The notes below the pieces were generated by a model. The model had not been told where the DNA came from. It ran no database searches and saw nothing but the letters and a program-made list of their open reading frames with translations. Position numbers and translations under genes: made by a program. From contig CALUYP010000018.1 in NCBI GenBank assembly GCA_944325055.1, positions 667 through 64,666 of the forward strand: 64,000 nucleotides of DNA. Direction: 5' to 3'. This DNA comes from an uncultured Elusimicrobiales bacterium. GTDB lineage: Bacteria; Elusimicrobiota; Elusimicrobia; Elusimicrobiales; Elusimicrobiaceae. This document shows positions 10,201-17,617 of this stretch, piece by piece; the first letter of the stretch is position 1; each line of letters begins with the position of its first letter.

Positions 10201-10965
10201 TATCCATTTGCTAAATTATACATTGAGAAAGAATCAAAAGAAGATATAGATAATACATTGGCTTTATACAAAGATACCTTTTCCCCTGAAAAGTTAGCAG
10301 AGGATAAACAATATTATGACGAATTAATGCAACAGGCAGGCATATCAGAACAAGAAGCGCCTTCTACTTTTACTGCCGTAAGCGGCGCAAAGAAAGAAAA
10401 AGCGGATGGCACGCTGATTACCTTCCCGATCCTCGCATTAAGACGGAACTTGCCTTCAGGGCTTGGAGATCTCCCCATGGTACCGGATGCTGATAAAGCC
10501 TCTCTGTATCAAAACGCGGCACAACTGAAACAAAATCGTGCGTTTCGCTTAGGGCAACAAAGCCGCAAGCAGAAGATAGCGGAGCAAGAAACAGAATTAA
10601 GGGAGAAATTCAAACAATCCGCTTTAGAAGAAATGCAAGTATATCAGGAATATCTGGAACAATATGCCGCTGCATATGCAGGGGAAAACAGCAAAAAAGA
10701 GATTACAGCTCTCTTTGAGAAATACAAAAAACAACTATCGAAGGAATTTGAAACAAATGAATCTTTAGAAAAACAATATAACAACACCTTAAAAATATAT
10801 GATTCCTTCCAAGTGGAATTGAACGAGAAGGTAGCGGAACTCCAGCGTATGATTGAATTGTTAAATCCGCCGCCAGCCGAACAAGAAGACTACACGGACG
10901 AAGATTGGTGGTCTGAAATGTATGGTGTGGAAGATGATAGTATGCTGGGACAAGAAAGCTATTAA
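7267..10965 (+). CDS. Large (1232 aa) hypothetical secreted/membrane protein with coiled-coil regions; no recognisable domain
   Basis: An AGGAG SD lies 9 nt upstream. The signal peptide is MALVFILNCLLPTPQVLA|QS. There are two hydrophobic segments (nt 9058-9144 and 10132-10209). The C-terminal tail is rich in Glu/Lys/Gln heptads and ends in an acidic tip. The long uninterrupted frame is flanked by terminators. Confidence 0.75.
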   Translation: MQAFLCRVMALVFILNCLLPTPQVLAQSLEEKSAEFAQIKEVMKDPIQVQERLLLRQKEASSPEMQKRLETAVTQQLDESLTVALEKYENAMGLYELSEAIENLHQLMNKKYQAGQAAQKKIQQEKELKTALTPDIYQKADAIVGNPNVKPSTLNKENEVLVRLAKDDLLPVDLIDYIDPFDPAAQSNLENTLYAGEILGNSLDLFLAQPDANSLPLISNELLNAQLRILHRLSQLKASAKKYTSIQEIMAVGTLRITLWKIHKFYEQTGVEDPLMAAAVPTAGKNTYELTRSDAALAGMWFENPQLPDQQNPYEQISSDFYTEIWNLKKAKPEAGSYDYQFLLTLVNYATTYAMLYNPQEVERIVGLFNDKEKKNDYEQPYTPVISTIFETVFSTVKYLTSDGWVWEQTLAILQDLSDPKNFSIPIRISALEIASLMYGSNSSCQKPEPASYSIFQVCNSGNSADANLRSIFARRTVDLYAPLVRNHYKSYGLDSEQMKVLSDKLVNIYNGFSNASLMWDSKRSPMAPGATADAEGKTLIMNDPALSIPRVEATGLQVLLPNGKVKTLGGFGYSSDGKWIEMHMNNPKNYKKQSNEIAVDFFVFIGNVVFWVYGGEIFTLIGTAYRCTRGAAMALPKAIKAAASANKGRRTLAFSVEIQKGVRFANLQRDLTKNGVFLAKQNYVEKTITNPEGLPVNLSYTAGKTLTSKIIRSQRDLRGKTSFWKWLKDGKKPSIEKISFQQIVPGGIVEGTADVAGTSLSRGVGDWGRWRKLRGLFRNTQEPKQHVFPIALDFPTRQSLQQQLRLGQATTEAARNGAFNLWVPVKTPVYGKSIASEAETSTWWNVTWLGRPGNEGFALTATDRVLITPAVSKKVALTKVIDPTKLNGVEVSVQQILNDSWKQAVLNHYFKEVPSKGIGKYILPKYVPNENYWQASKSSWRFALSAGKAFSTNTFFWPRFQANFIFFGAWWLADEALYPFAKLYIEKESKEDIDNTLALYKDTFSPEKLAEDKQYYDELMQQAGISEQEAPSTFTAVSGAKKEKADGTLITFPILALRRNLPSGLGDLPMVPDADKASLYQNAAQLKQNRAFRLGQQSRKQKIAEQETELREKFKQSALEEMQVYQEYLEQYAAAYAGENSKKEITALFEKYKKQLSKEFETNESLEKQYNNTLKIYDSFQVELNEKVAELQRMIELLNPPPAEQEDYTDEDWWSEMYGVEDDSMLGQESY

Positions 10966-10980
10966 GCTTTTTAACTAAAA

Positions 10981-11020
10981 CAAATATCCCCCGGTTATCC
11001 CCGGGGGATATTTGTTTTAT
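10981..11020 (+). terminator. Strong rho-independent terminator after the 1232-aa ORF
   Basis: 14-bp stem CAAATATCCCCCGG / CCGGGGGATATTTG with a 6-nt loop, followed by TTTT. Confidence 0.85.
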
Positions 11021-11285
11021 AACAATAAATCCAAGCATAAGCAAAGAAATATAAAAAACGGTTACACAAAAACAAAATTTTTTTCTCCCAATTTAGTGAA
11101 ACAAAAATCGAGCGACGCGCATATTTCAAAATAAAAAACGACCATACATTCCCAGCATTTCATATTTTAATTTATTTAATTTTTGTTTATTTCGCCGGTA
11201 TTGATATGTGTACAAAAACAGAGATAGCGGGTTCGAAAGGCTTTTGAAATCTATTCACAACAACAGAAAAGTCCAACCGTTACTC

Positions 11286-11314
11286 AAAATAAAACCCCGG
11301 ACCAAAGTCCGGGG
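11286..11314 (-). terminator. Rho-independent terminator after nfnA-like gene
   Basis: On the minus strand: CCCCGGAC-tttg-GTCCGGGG followed by TTTTATTTTG. Confidence 0.8.
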
Positions 11315-11344
11315 CAATACAACCAGCGAACAAAAACAATCCGC

Positions 11345-12199
11345 TTAATGCAATCCGCACTTGCAGACGTGGTCTTTTTCGTAAAGTTGCAGACTCTGCG
11401 CCTCCAGCGGGCGGTATTCGCTGGTGCGGCGGATGAGTTCGTCAAAATCAATGGTTTTGGACGGAAACATCGGCCCGTCTACGCAAGCAAAACGCACTTT
11501 TCCTTCCACCGTTACCCGGCAACAGCCGCACATCCCCGTGCCATCCAGCATAATAGGGTTCAAACTGGCATGCGGTTCCATTCCCAGTTTATCCATTAAA
11601 CGAGAAGTGAACTTCATCATCGGAATCGGCCCGATGATAAATCCGGCGTTGATTTTTTCGCCCTCATCGTGTAATTTTTGAATGGCATCGGTCACCATTC
11701 CTTTCATTCCGTAGCTGCCGTCGTCCGTGGTGCTGACGGTTCTATCACACAAATCCGTCATTTCTTTTTCCAAAATCAGCAGGTCTTTTGTGCGCGCGCC
11801 AAGTACCGCAATCACGCGGTTGCCGGCTTCTTTAAAAGCACGCGCGATCGGATAGACTTCTGCAATGCCCACTCCGCCGCCCACCACGGCCACCGTACCG
11901 TAATTTTTAATTTCCACAGGCGTCCCCAAAGGGCCGGCAATGTTTAAAAATTTCTCCCCTTGTTTAAACGAGTTAAACATAGAGGTGGATTTTCCAATCG
12001 CTTGGATAATAATGGTAATGGTCCCTTTCTCTTTATCCCAATCCACCAGCGTAACCGGCACGCGTTCGCCGCCCTCGCGTCCGCGCAGAATCACAAATTG
12101 TCCGGCTTTGGCCGAAGCCGCAATCAGCGGTTTATAGACAACGAACTTGACCACGACATCGCTTAAATTTTCTTTGACTAAAATGGTATTTTCTTCCAT
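11345..12199 (-). CDS. nfnA: NfnA/SudB-type FAD/NAD(P)-binding oxidoreductase small subunit (ferredoxin-NADP reductase-like, 2Fe-2S)
   Basis: FNR-like fold (GQFVILR, VAVVGGGVGIAEVYPIA) with a C-terminal Cys cluster GMCGCCRV...FACVDGP. ATG 12199 lies one nt after the stop codon (12201-12203) of the upstream partner. The ORF-track start at 12247 was rejected. Confidence 0.75.
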   Translation of the reverse strand: MEENTILVKENLSDVVVKFVVYKPLIAASAKAGQFVILRGREGGERVPVTLVDWDKEKGTITIIIQAIGKSTSMFNSFKQGEKFLNIAGPLGTPVEIKNYGTVAVVGGGVGIAEVYPIARAFKEAGNRVIAVLGARTKDLLILEKEMTDLCDRTVSTTDDGSYGMKGMVTDAIQKLHDEGEKINAGFIIGPIPMMKFTSRLMDKLGMEPHASLNPIMLDGTGMCGCCRVTVEGKVRFACVDGPMFPSKTIDFDELIRRTSEYRPLEAQSLQLYEKDHVCKCGLH

Positions 12200-12200
12200 A

Positions 12201-13592
12201 TTATTTTTCCTCTTTGAGATAGTCATTAATACGGCGGGCGGCTTCAATACCGTCTTTCATCGCCAAAAGCACCGTTGCTCCACCGCGGATGATATCCCCC
12301 CCCGCATATACGCCCGGCAAGGTTGTTTTCCCGTCTTCATCCAACGCCAAAACGCCGCGGTCAGTCGTTTTTAGTTCGGGCGTGGTTTTGGCAATAATCG
12401 GATTGGGTTTCTGTCCAATGGCTACGATAATGGTATCCACGGGCATGACAAATTCCGACCCGGGGATTTCCACCGGCCGTCTGCGGCCTTTTTCATCCGG
12501 CGCGCCCAATTCGTTGCGGGTGCATTTTAAACCGGCTACGTGTCCTTTTTCATCGGTTACCACTTCTTTGGGCGTAACCAAGTATTCAAATTGTACGCCT
12601 TCTTCTTTGGCATGTTCCACTTCTGCTGCGCGGGCGGGCATCTCCGCTGCGCTTCGGCGGTAAGCAATGGTCACGGTATCCGGCCCTAAGCGCATGGCAC
12701 AGCGGGCGGCATCCATTGCGCTGTTCCCGCCGCCGAGTACCGCCACGTGTTTGCCTATTTGAATAGGCGTATCCGTTTCCGGGAATTTATAGGCCTGCAT
12801 TAAATTGACGCGGGTTAAAAATTCATTGGCACTATACACCCCCACCGCATTCTCACCAGGGATGCCCGTCATCGTGGGAAGCCCCGCCCCGCTGCCTACA
12901 TAAATAGCATCAAACTGTTTCAATAAGTCTGCGATTTTTTCAGTAGCGCCGACCAACACGTCGGTAACGAACTTAACGCCCATCGATTTAACGGTTTCAA
13001 TTTCGTGGTCAATCACTTCCCGCGGCAACCGAAACGAAGGAATCCCATAGCGAAGCACTCCCCCAAAAGCGTGCAACGCTTCAAACACGGTTACCTCATG
13101 CCCGGCGCGGGCGAGTTCTGCAGCGGCCGCAATAGAAGACGGGCCAGAACCGATACACGCCACTTTCTTGCCCGTGGGGGCGGCCGTCTGCGGGGCTTTC
13201 AATAATCCTTCTTTGCGGGCGGTATCGGCGGTATAACGTTCCAACATACCGATATTGACTGAACCGAAGCGGTCTTTTAAAATGCAGTTGCCTTCGCAGT
13301 GTTTTTCCTGCGGGCAAACGCGTCCGCAAATGGCGGGCAACAAACTGGTTTCCATAATTTTGCTGGCGGCTTCGCCCACTTTTCCTTCTTTTAAAAGGGC
13401 GATAAAGTCCGGGATCTGCACGCCAACCGGGCAGTTGGCCTGGCAGCGGGCATTTTTGCAATGCAAACAGCGGTCAGCCTCGGCTAGGGCTTCTTCTTTG
13501 GTAAAAATTTGAGCGACTTCTTCAAAATTATGTTTGCGCACTTCGGGATCTAATTGTTTGCCGTTGTGGCGCGGTGCGGACGGATTAGGCAT
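12201..13592 (-). CDS. nfnB: NfnB/SudA/GltD-like NADPH-dependent oxidoreductase large subunit (glutamate synthase small-chain homologue)
   Basis: N-terminal Fe-S Cys motifs (CLHCKNARCQANCP, CGRVCPQEKHCEGNC). Two dinucleotide folds (VACIGSGPSSIAAA, VAVLGGGNSAMDAA). C-terminal YAGGD. Confidence 0.8.
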   Translation of the reverse strand: MPNPSAPRHNGKQLDPEVRKHNFEEVAQIFTKEEALAEADRCLHCKNARCQANCPVGVQIPDFIALLKEGKVGEAASKIMETSLLPAICGRVCPQEKHCEGNCILKDRFGSVNIGMLERYTADTARKEGLLKAPQTAAPTGKKVACIGSGPSSIAAAAELARAGHEVTVFEALHAFGGVLRYGIPSFRLPREVIDHEIETVKSMGVKFVTDVLVGATEKIADLLKQFDAIYVGSGAGLPTMTGIPGENAVGVYSANEFLTRVNLMQAYKFPETDTPIQIGKHVAVLGGGNSAMDAARCAMRLGPDTVTIAYRRSAAEMPARAAEVEHAKEEGVQFEYLVTPKEVVTDEKGHVAGLKCTRNELGAPDEKGRRRPVEIPGSEFVMPVDTIIVAIGQKPNPIIAKTTPELKTTDRGVLALDEDGKTTLPGVYAGGDIIRGGATVLLAMKDGIEAARRINDYLKEEK

Positions 13593-13730
13593 AGAATTCC
13601 TCCATCTAATTCAAAATAGCAAGAGCAAAAAAAATCTTTTACAGTTATACTATCTACTAGGAATGGTAATTCCCTGTATTTGTTGTACAATATATATAAC
13701 ATTATAGCAAAGCAAAAGGAGGGGGATGAT

Positions 13731-14081
13731 ATGTGCCATAAATGTGATTGTGCCGGAAAAGGATTGGCCGCTTTTTTACTGGGAGCGATTGTAGGAGCGG
13801 CGGCAGGAGTATTGTTTGCACCGGCTAAAGGAGAAACGACCCGCCGCAAACTCAAACGCTGGGCCGACGATACATATGAAGAACAAAAAGAATATGTATT
13901 GGAGCACGCCGCCAATTTGAAAGAAAAGATCAAAGATCAAGCGGCGGATTTAAAAGAAAAAATTTCCACTCATGCCGAAGAAGCACGTGAACGAATTAAT
14001 GAAGGCAAAGACAAAGTGGTAAAAGAGTTCAACCGCCGAAAAGATGAATTTGCCTCCAAATTCAAAAAAGACGAAGAATAA
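13731..14081 (+). CDS. YtxH domain-containing protein
   Basis: GLAAFLLGAIVGAAAGVLFAPAKGETTRRKLK followed by a Lys/Glu-rich helical tail. An AGGAGG SD lies 8 nt upstream of ATG 13731; the ORF-track start at 13680 has no SD. Confidence 0.75.
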   Translation: MCHKCDCAGKGLAAFLLGAIVGAAAGVLFAPAKGETTRRKLKRWADDTYEEQKEYVLEHAANLKEKIKDQAADLKEKISTHAEEARERINEGKDKVVKEFNRRKDEFASKFKKDEE

Positions 14082-14091
14082 TCTTAAAATC

Positions 14092-14120
14092 AAAAAGCCC
14101 CGTTTAAACCGGGGCTTTTT
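14092..14120. terminator. Bidirectional rho-independent terminator
   Basis: AAAAA-GCCCCG-tttaaac-CGGGGC-TTTTT lies between convergent ytxH (+) and the GH3-like gene (-). Confidence 0.85.
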
Positions 14121-14134
14121 ATGATTTAAAAGCT

Positions 14135-15082
14135 TTATTTTTTACAAAAAGCTTTTGCCATTTCAAACGCTTCTTTGATTTCCATTGGCTCAGGGCCGAC
14201 ATACACTTTGCTGATGAACATTTCATGATTGGAAACAGCATGAATAATTTCGTTCATTAATAGTCCCTTATCGGCTTCCCGTTCCACCGCCTCTACTACA
14301 GCCATCGCATTTTTAGGCGCCAGAATATTTTCTACGCCGCAATGTAACATTTTGATAGCACTGGCTTCTTCATAACGAAGTCGTCCTTTAAACAGCGGAA
14401 AGCTGACGACACACCCTTTATAATTGAGGCGTTTTTTGAGCAGCCCTTTAATGACCCGGTCTGATAACATAGCTTGGTGATCATTGTCAATATTGGGGAA
14501 AATCATATCAGACGGCATAATCGCATCCGCCCGCCGGAACGTATGTTTATACGGCACAAATTCGGCGTCTTCCATCTGGGCCAACGTCTTTAAAGCGCCC
14601 GAAACACCCGGAAAATACTTAATGCAGTTGAGCGCCCCCCCGTTGGAAAGGCCGGCAATAAAATCCCCCGCCAAATGGGTAACCGTAAGCGGAACATCGG
14701 AAAAAGCCGGCGAGGCATATCCTAAATCCACCACAGGAGAAAGCACCCAATCTAAGCCCATACTGCGTGCCATGCGGGCGATTAAATTTCCTTTCCGGTA
14801 GGCGCCATCTTGCGGACAAGAAAAATCCTGCAACGCGCCATTGGGCGGCAAAGCAGGCGCGTCCAGTATAATTTCGCTTAAATCTTCATCTATATCCGCA
14901 CAAAACAGCAACTTTCCATAAGGGGAAGCGTCTCTCATCCGTTGGGTAAAATCATATGTTTGCTGTGCGGTACCGCCATACACGCAAAAACCGCCCACTC
15001 CACGGCGGGAGAGTTCTTCCGCTTCCTGCAAATCACTTTTTCCAAACCAAAATCCGGGAAAAACAATACGCGCAGGTTTCAT
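14135..15082 (-). CDS. Glycoside hydrolase family 3 (NagZ-like) N-terminal-domain homologue, active-site motifs degenerate
   Basis: NagZ-like blocks are present (VGGFCVYGG, KYFPGVSG vs KHFPGHG, YKGCVVSFPL vs GxxxSDxL). ATG 15082 is preceded by a GGAGG SD. The ORF-track start at 15256 overlaps the upstream gene and was rejected. Confidence 0.55.
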   Translation of the reverse strand: MKPARIVFPGFWFGKSDLQEAEELSRRGVGGFCVYGGTAQQTYDFTQRMRDASPYGKLLFCADIDEDLSEIILDAPALPPNGALQDFSCPQDGAYRKGNLIARMARSMGLDWVLSPVVDLGYASPAFSDVPLTVTHLAGDFIAGLSNGGALNCIKYFPGVSGALKTLAQMEDAEFVPYKHTFRRADAIMPSDMIFPNIDNDHQAMLSDRVIKGLLKKRLNYKGCVVSFPLFKGRLRYEEASAIKMLHCGVENILAPKNAMAVVEAVEREADKGLLMNEIIHAVSNHEMFISKVYVGPEPMEIKEAFEMAKAFCKK

Positions 15083-15108
15083 AAGGATTCCTCCCCAAAC
15101 TTTTCTTT

Positions 15109-15978
15109 TTATTGTTCCGACCCCAATACAGAAGGCACGAGAGATTCTTCGGTTGCAGAAGGCAGCACTAAAAATCCTTGTGTGTCCACCGAACCCGTCA
15201 AATCCACAGACGGTGCATCCGGCAACACTTCCGGTTTGTGCGGTGTTTTCAGCCATTGGATAACCGTCGGACGCAAATATTTATCCAACATATCATGGGA
15301 CGTTAAATCATACGTCGTCAAAAAAGTGACTTTTCCCTCCCCTGCCGTTAAAAAGGCCACATTGCGTATGACGCTGGCTTCCAAAAAACCCTTCTTATCC
15401 GCCGCGCCCGCGGCAATTAAAATATCTCCTTTGTATAACCGCATTGCCGGAATAGATAACACGTCGCGGTTATTAGCCGTGGGACTTATTAAAACCAATC
15501 CGCTGACTTCGGGAGAAAAACTCATGCTTTTCGCCGCCACATTCGCACCCAACCCGGCTCCCAATACAACGGCATCCGCCGCCGGGACACCTTTTTTATT
15601 TAAAAAGGAAACCGCCGCCTCTACATCGCGCGTCATTTTATTATATTCGTTATCCACCCCTTCTCTGGAAAAAGAGGCCGCCGTACCCTTATTCACGCTC
15701 TTTCCATGGCCACGCAAATCCAACGCCAAATACCCAAATCCTTCTCTTCTCAAATCAGATTTAAAAGTAGAGAATTCTTCTTTGTTTTTACCTAAATCAT
15801 GCAACAAAATAACCGTCTTCTTTTCTTTATCAGCCGGACGGTATAATGCGGCAAGCTCCCACCCGTCCTGAGTAGAAAGAGAAACGGTTTGTTCTTCCGG
15901 TTCCGCGCCGCCGGCCGGCAACACCAAACAAGCCAGCGCCACTGCCGGCGCGGCGGATTTAAATAAACGAAAAAGCAT
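15109..15978 (-). CDS. Secreted alpha/beta-hydrolase-fold protein (nucleophile elbow lacks Ser)
   Basis: Signal peptide MLFRLFKSAAPAVALACLVLPAGGA. Typical blocks VILLHDLGKNKEEF and LDLRGHGKS are present. The elbow reads VVLGAGLGANVA. The start at ATG 15978 abuts the ndk stop. Confidence 0.65.
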   Translation of the reverse strand: MLFRLFKSAAPAVALACLVLPAGGAEPEEQTVSLSTQDGWELAALYRPADKEKKTVILLHDLGKNKEEFSTFKSDLRREGFGYLALDLRGHGKSVNKGTAASFSREGVDNEYNKMTRDVEAAVSFLNKKGVPAADAVVLGAGLGANVAAKSMSFSPEVSGLVLISPTANNRDVLSIPAMRLYKGDILIAAGAADKKGFLEASVIRNVAFLTAGEGKVTFLTTYDLTSHDMLDKYLRPTVIQWLKTPHKPEVLPDAPSVDLTGSVDTQGFLVLPSATEESLVPSVLGSEQ

Positions 15979-15979
15979 G

Positions 15980-16429
15980 TTAACGGTCCAAAACCTCTTC
16001 CGGTTTAAACCAGAGTGCAATCTCTTTTTCCGCATCTTCCGGCGATCCGGAAGCGTGTACGCAGTTTTGCATTACATCGCCGATAAAACGTCCGAAGCTA
16101 CCGCGGATCGTCCACGGAGCGGCTTTCTCGGGGTTGGTGCTGCCAATCTCCTGACGCACTTTTGCAATGGCATTTTCACCTTGGAAAACAAATGCGTAAA
16201 TCTTATGGTTTGGCACATTGTTAAATTCACCCATCATATACTGGATGACTTCTTCTAAAAAGGGTTTCCCTTCTAAATTTTTATAGTGTGCCCGCGCCAA
16301 CTCTTCCGTCAGCGAAACCACTTTAGCCCCGGTCATTTGCAAACCGAGGTGATCTAACCGGTCTAAAATCAGACCGCTGATGCGCTTTTCAATAGCATCC
16401 GGTTTAATTAGAACAAGCGTTCTTTCCAT
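15980..16429 (-). CDS. ndk: Nucleoside-diphosphate kinase
   Basis: MERTLVLIKPDA... and the active-site His region NCVHASGSPEDAEKEI. An alternative start lies 9 nt upstream at 16438. Confidence 0.9.
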   Translation of the reverse strand: MERTLVLIKPDAIEKRISGLILDRLDHLGLQMTGAKVVSLTEELARAHYKNLEGKPFLEEVIQYMMGEFNNVPNHKIYAFVFQGENAIAKVRQEIGSTNPEKAAPWTIRGSFGRFIGDVMQNCVHASGSPEDAEKEIALWFKPEEVLDR

Positions 16430-16552
16430 ATATCTCATATGTAAACATTATACCAATCTTAAAAATCCTGTCAACGTTTTTACGAACGCGAAGGATTTTT
16501 GCCAACTGGTCGAGCTATTTAAGGTATAATAGATAAAACGGAGATGAATTTT

Positions 16553-17617
16553 ATGGTTGAAGAAAAGCCTATCAAATTCGGCGTCATCGGCGCCGGCAAA
16601 ATTGGAACTTTCCACACCCGGACGTTAGCCCATATGAAAGGTGTTTCCTTGGTGGGAGTATGCGATCCGGATCTGATGCGGGCCCAGAAACTCGCTTGGG
16701 AATATAACTGCACTCCCTATTCCAAACAAGAAGAACTGATTGGACAGGTGGATGCCGTCATTGTAGCGGCCCCGACACAGCTGCATCACCGGATTGGTAT
16801 GTATTGTCTAGAACACGGCGTACACACCTTAGTGGAAAAACCAATTGCCGTTACCATGCAAGAAGCGCGCGATTTAATTCAATGCGCCAAACGACACGGG
16901 CTGGTGTTGCAGGTAGGCCATGTGGAACGGTTTAACCCTGCCGTCGTGGAAGCCGTTAAATACATCGAAAATCCCCGTTTTATTGCCATTAACCGCCAAG
17001 GCCCTTACGACGGACGTATGGCCAATATCAGCGTGGTGCTGGATCTGATGATACATGATATTGATTTGCTCTATACGATTGTTCCGAGTGAAGTGGTTTC
17101 CATCGATGCCGTCGGACTAAGCGTATTTTCCCCCCATGAAGACATTGCCAATGTACGCCTCCGTTTTGCCAACGGCACCGTGGCGGACGTTACGGCCAGC
17201 CGCGCCAGTTTTGAACGGGCGCGCTATATGCATTTGTTCCAACCAAGCGGCTATGTATCAGTTGACTTTATGAACGCGCGGGTCAAAACATACCGCAAAG
17301 AAAAGCCAGTTATTGAAAATATGAATGATTTGACCGTTACCTACCCTAAAGTAGAAAAGCAACTTCCTATTACTGCCGAGATATTACATTTTATTGACTG
17401 CATCAAAACCGCCAAAACGCCGGCACCCAGCGGCGAAAAGGGAACTAAAGCCTTGGATTTAGCCCTGCAAATTTGTGAAAAAATGAACCGCTTTGATATT
17501 CCCAAAACCGGACATTTGCATACTCCCAAACCACTGCAGGCCATTGGCACCGTTGCACGTGCCGCGCAGGCTGTTTTGGATGAAACGTTGGGACATTTAA
17601 AAGGAGATGATAAATAA
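16553..17617 (+). CDS. Gfo/Idh/MocA family NAD(P)-dependent oxidoreductase (possible GnnA-like UDP-GlcNAc 3-dehydrogenase)
   Basis: Rossmann fold FGVIGAGKIG and an EKP motif (LVEKPIA). A GGAG SD lies 9 nt upstream of ATG 16553; the alternative ATG 16544 is too close to the SD. The stop overlaps the lpxB start (TAATG). Confidence 0.75.
   Translation: MVEEKPIKFGVIGAGKIGTFHTRTLAHMKGVSLVGVCDPDLMRAQKLAWEYNCTPYSKQEELIGQVDAVIVAAPTQLHHRIGMYCLEHGVHTLVEKPIAVTMQEARDLIQCAKRHGLVLQVGHVERFNPAVVEAVKYIENPRFIAINRQGPYDGRMANISVVLDLMIHDIDLLYTIVPSEVVSIDAVGLSVFSPHEDIANVRLRFANGTVADVTASRASFERARYMHLFQPSGYVSVDFMNARVKTYRKEKPVIENMNDLTVTYPKVEKQLPITAEILHFIDCIKTAKTPAPSGEKGTKALDLALQICEKMNRFDIPKTGHLHTPKPLQAIGTVARAAQAVLDETLGHLKGDDK

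Noticed and set aside
11062-11163. 33-aa Cys-containing minus-strand ORF (MKCWECMVVFYFEICASLDFCFTKLGEKNFVFV) in the AT-rich spacer
   Set aside because: It has no SD (upstream is ATTAAATAAATTAAAAT) and sits in AT-rich sequence where random ORFs are expected. Nothing supports translation.
14942-15871. 309-aa plus-strand ORF in the ORF track
   Set aside because: It lies entirely antisense to the alpha/beta-hydrolase and GH3-like genes. It has a low-complexity Ser/Pro/Ala-rich composition, no SD and no recognisable motif. It is a shadow ORF of a strongly supported minus-strand coding region.
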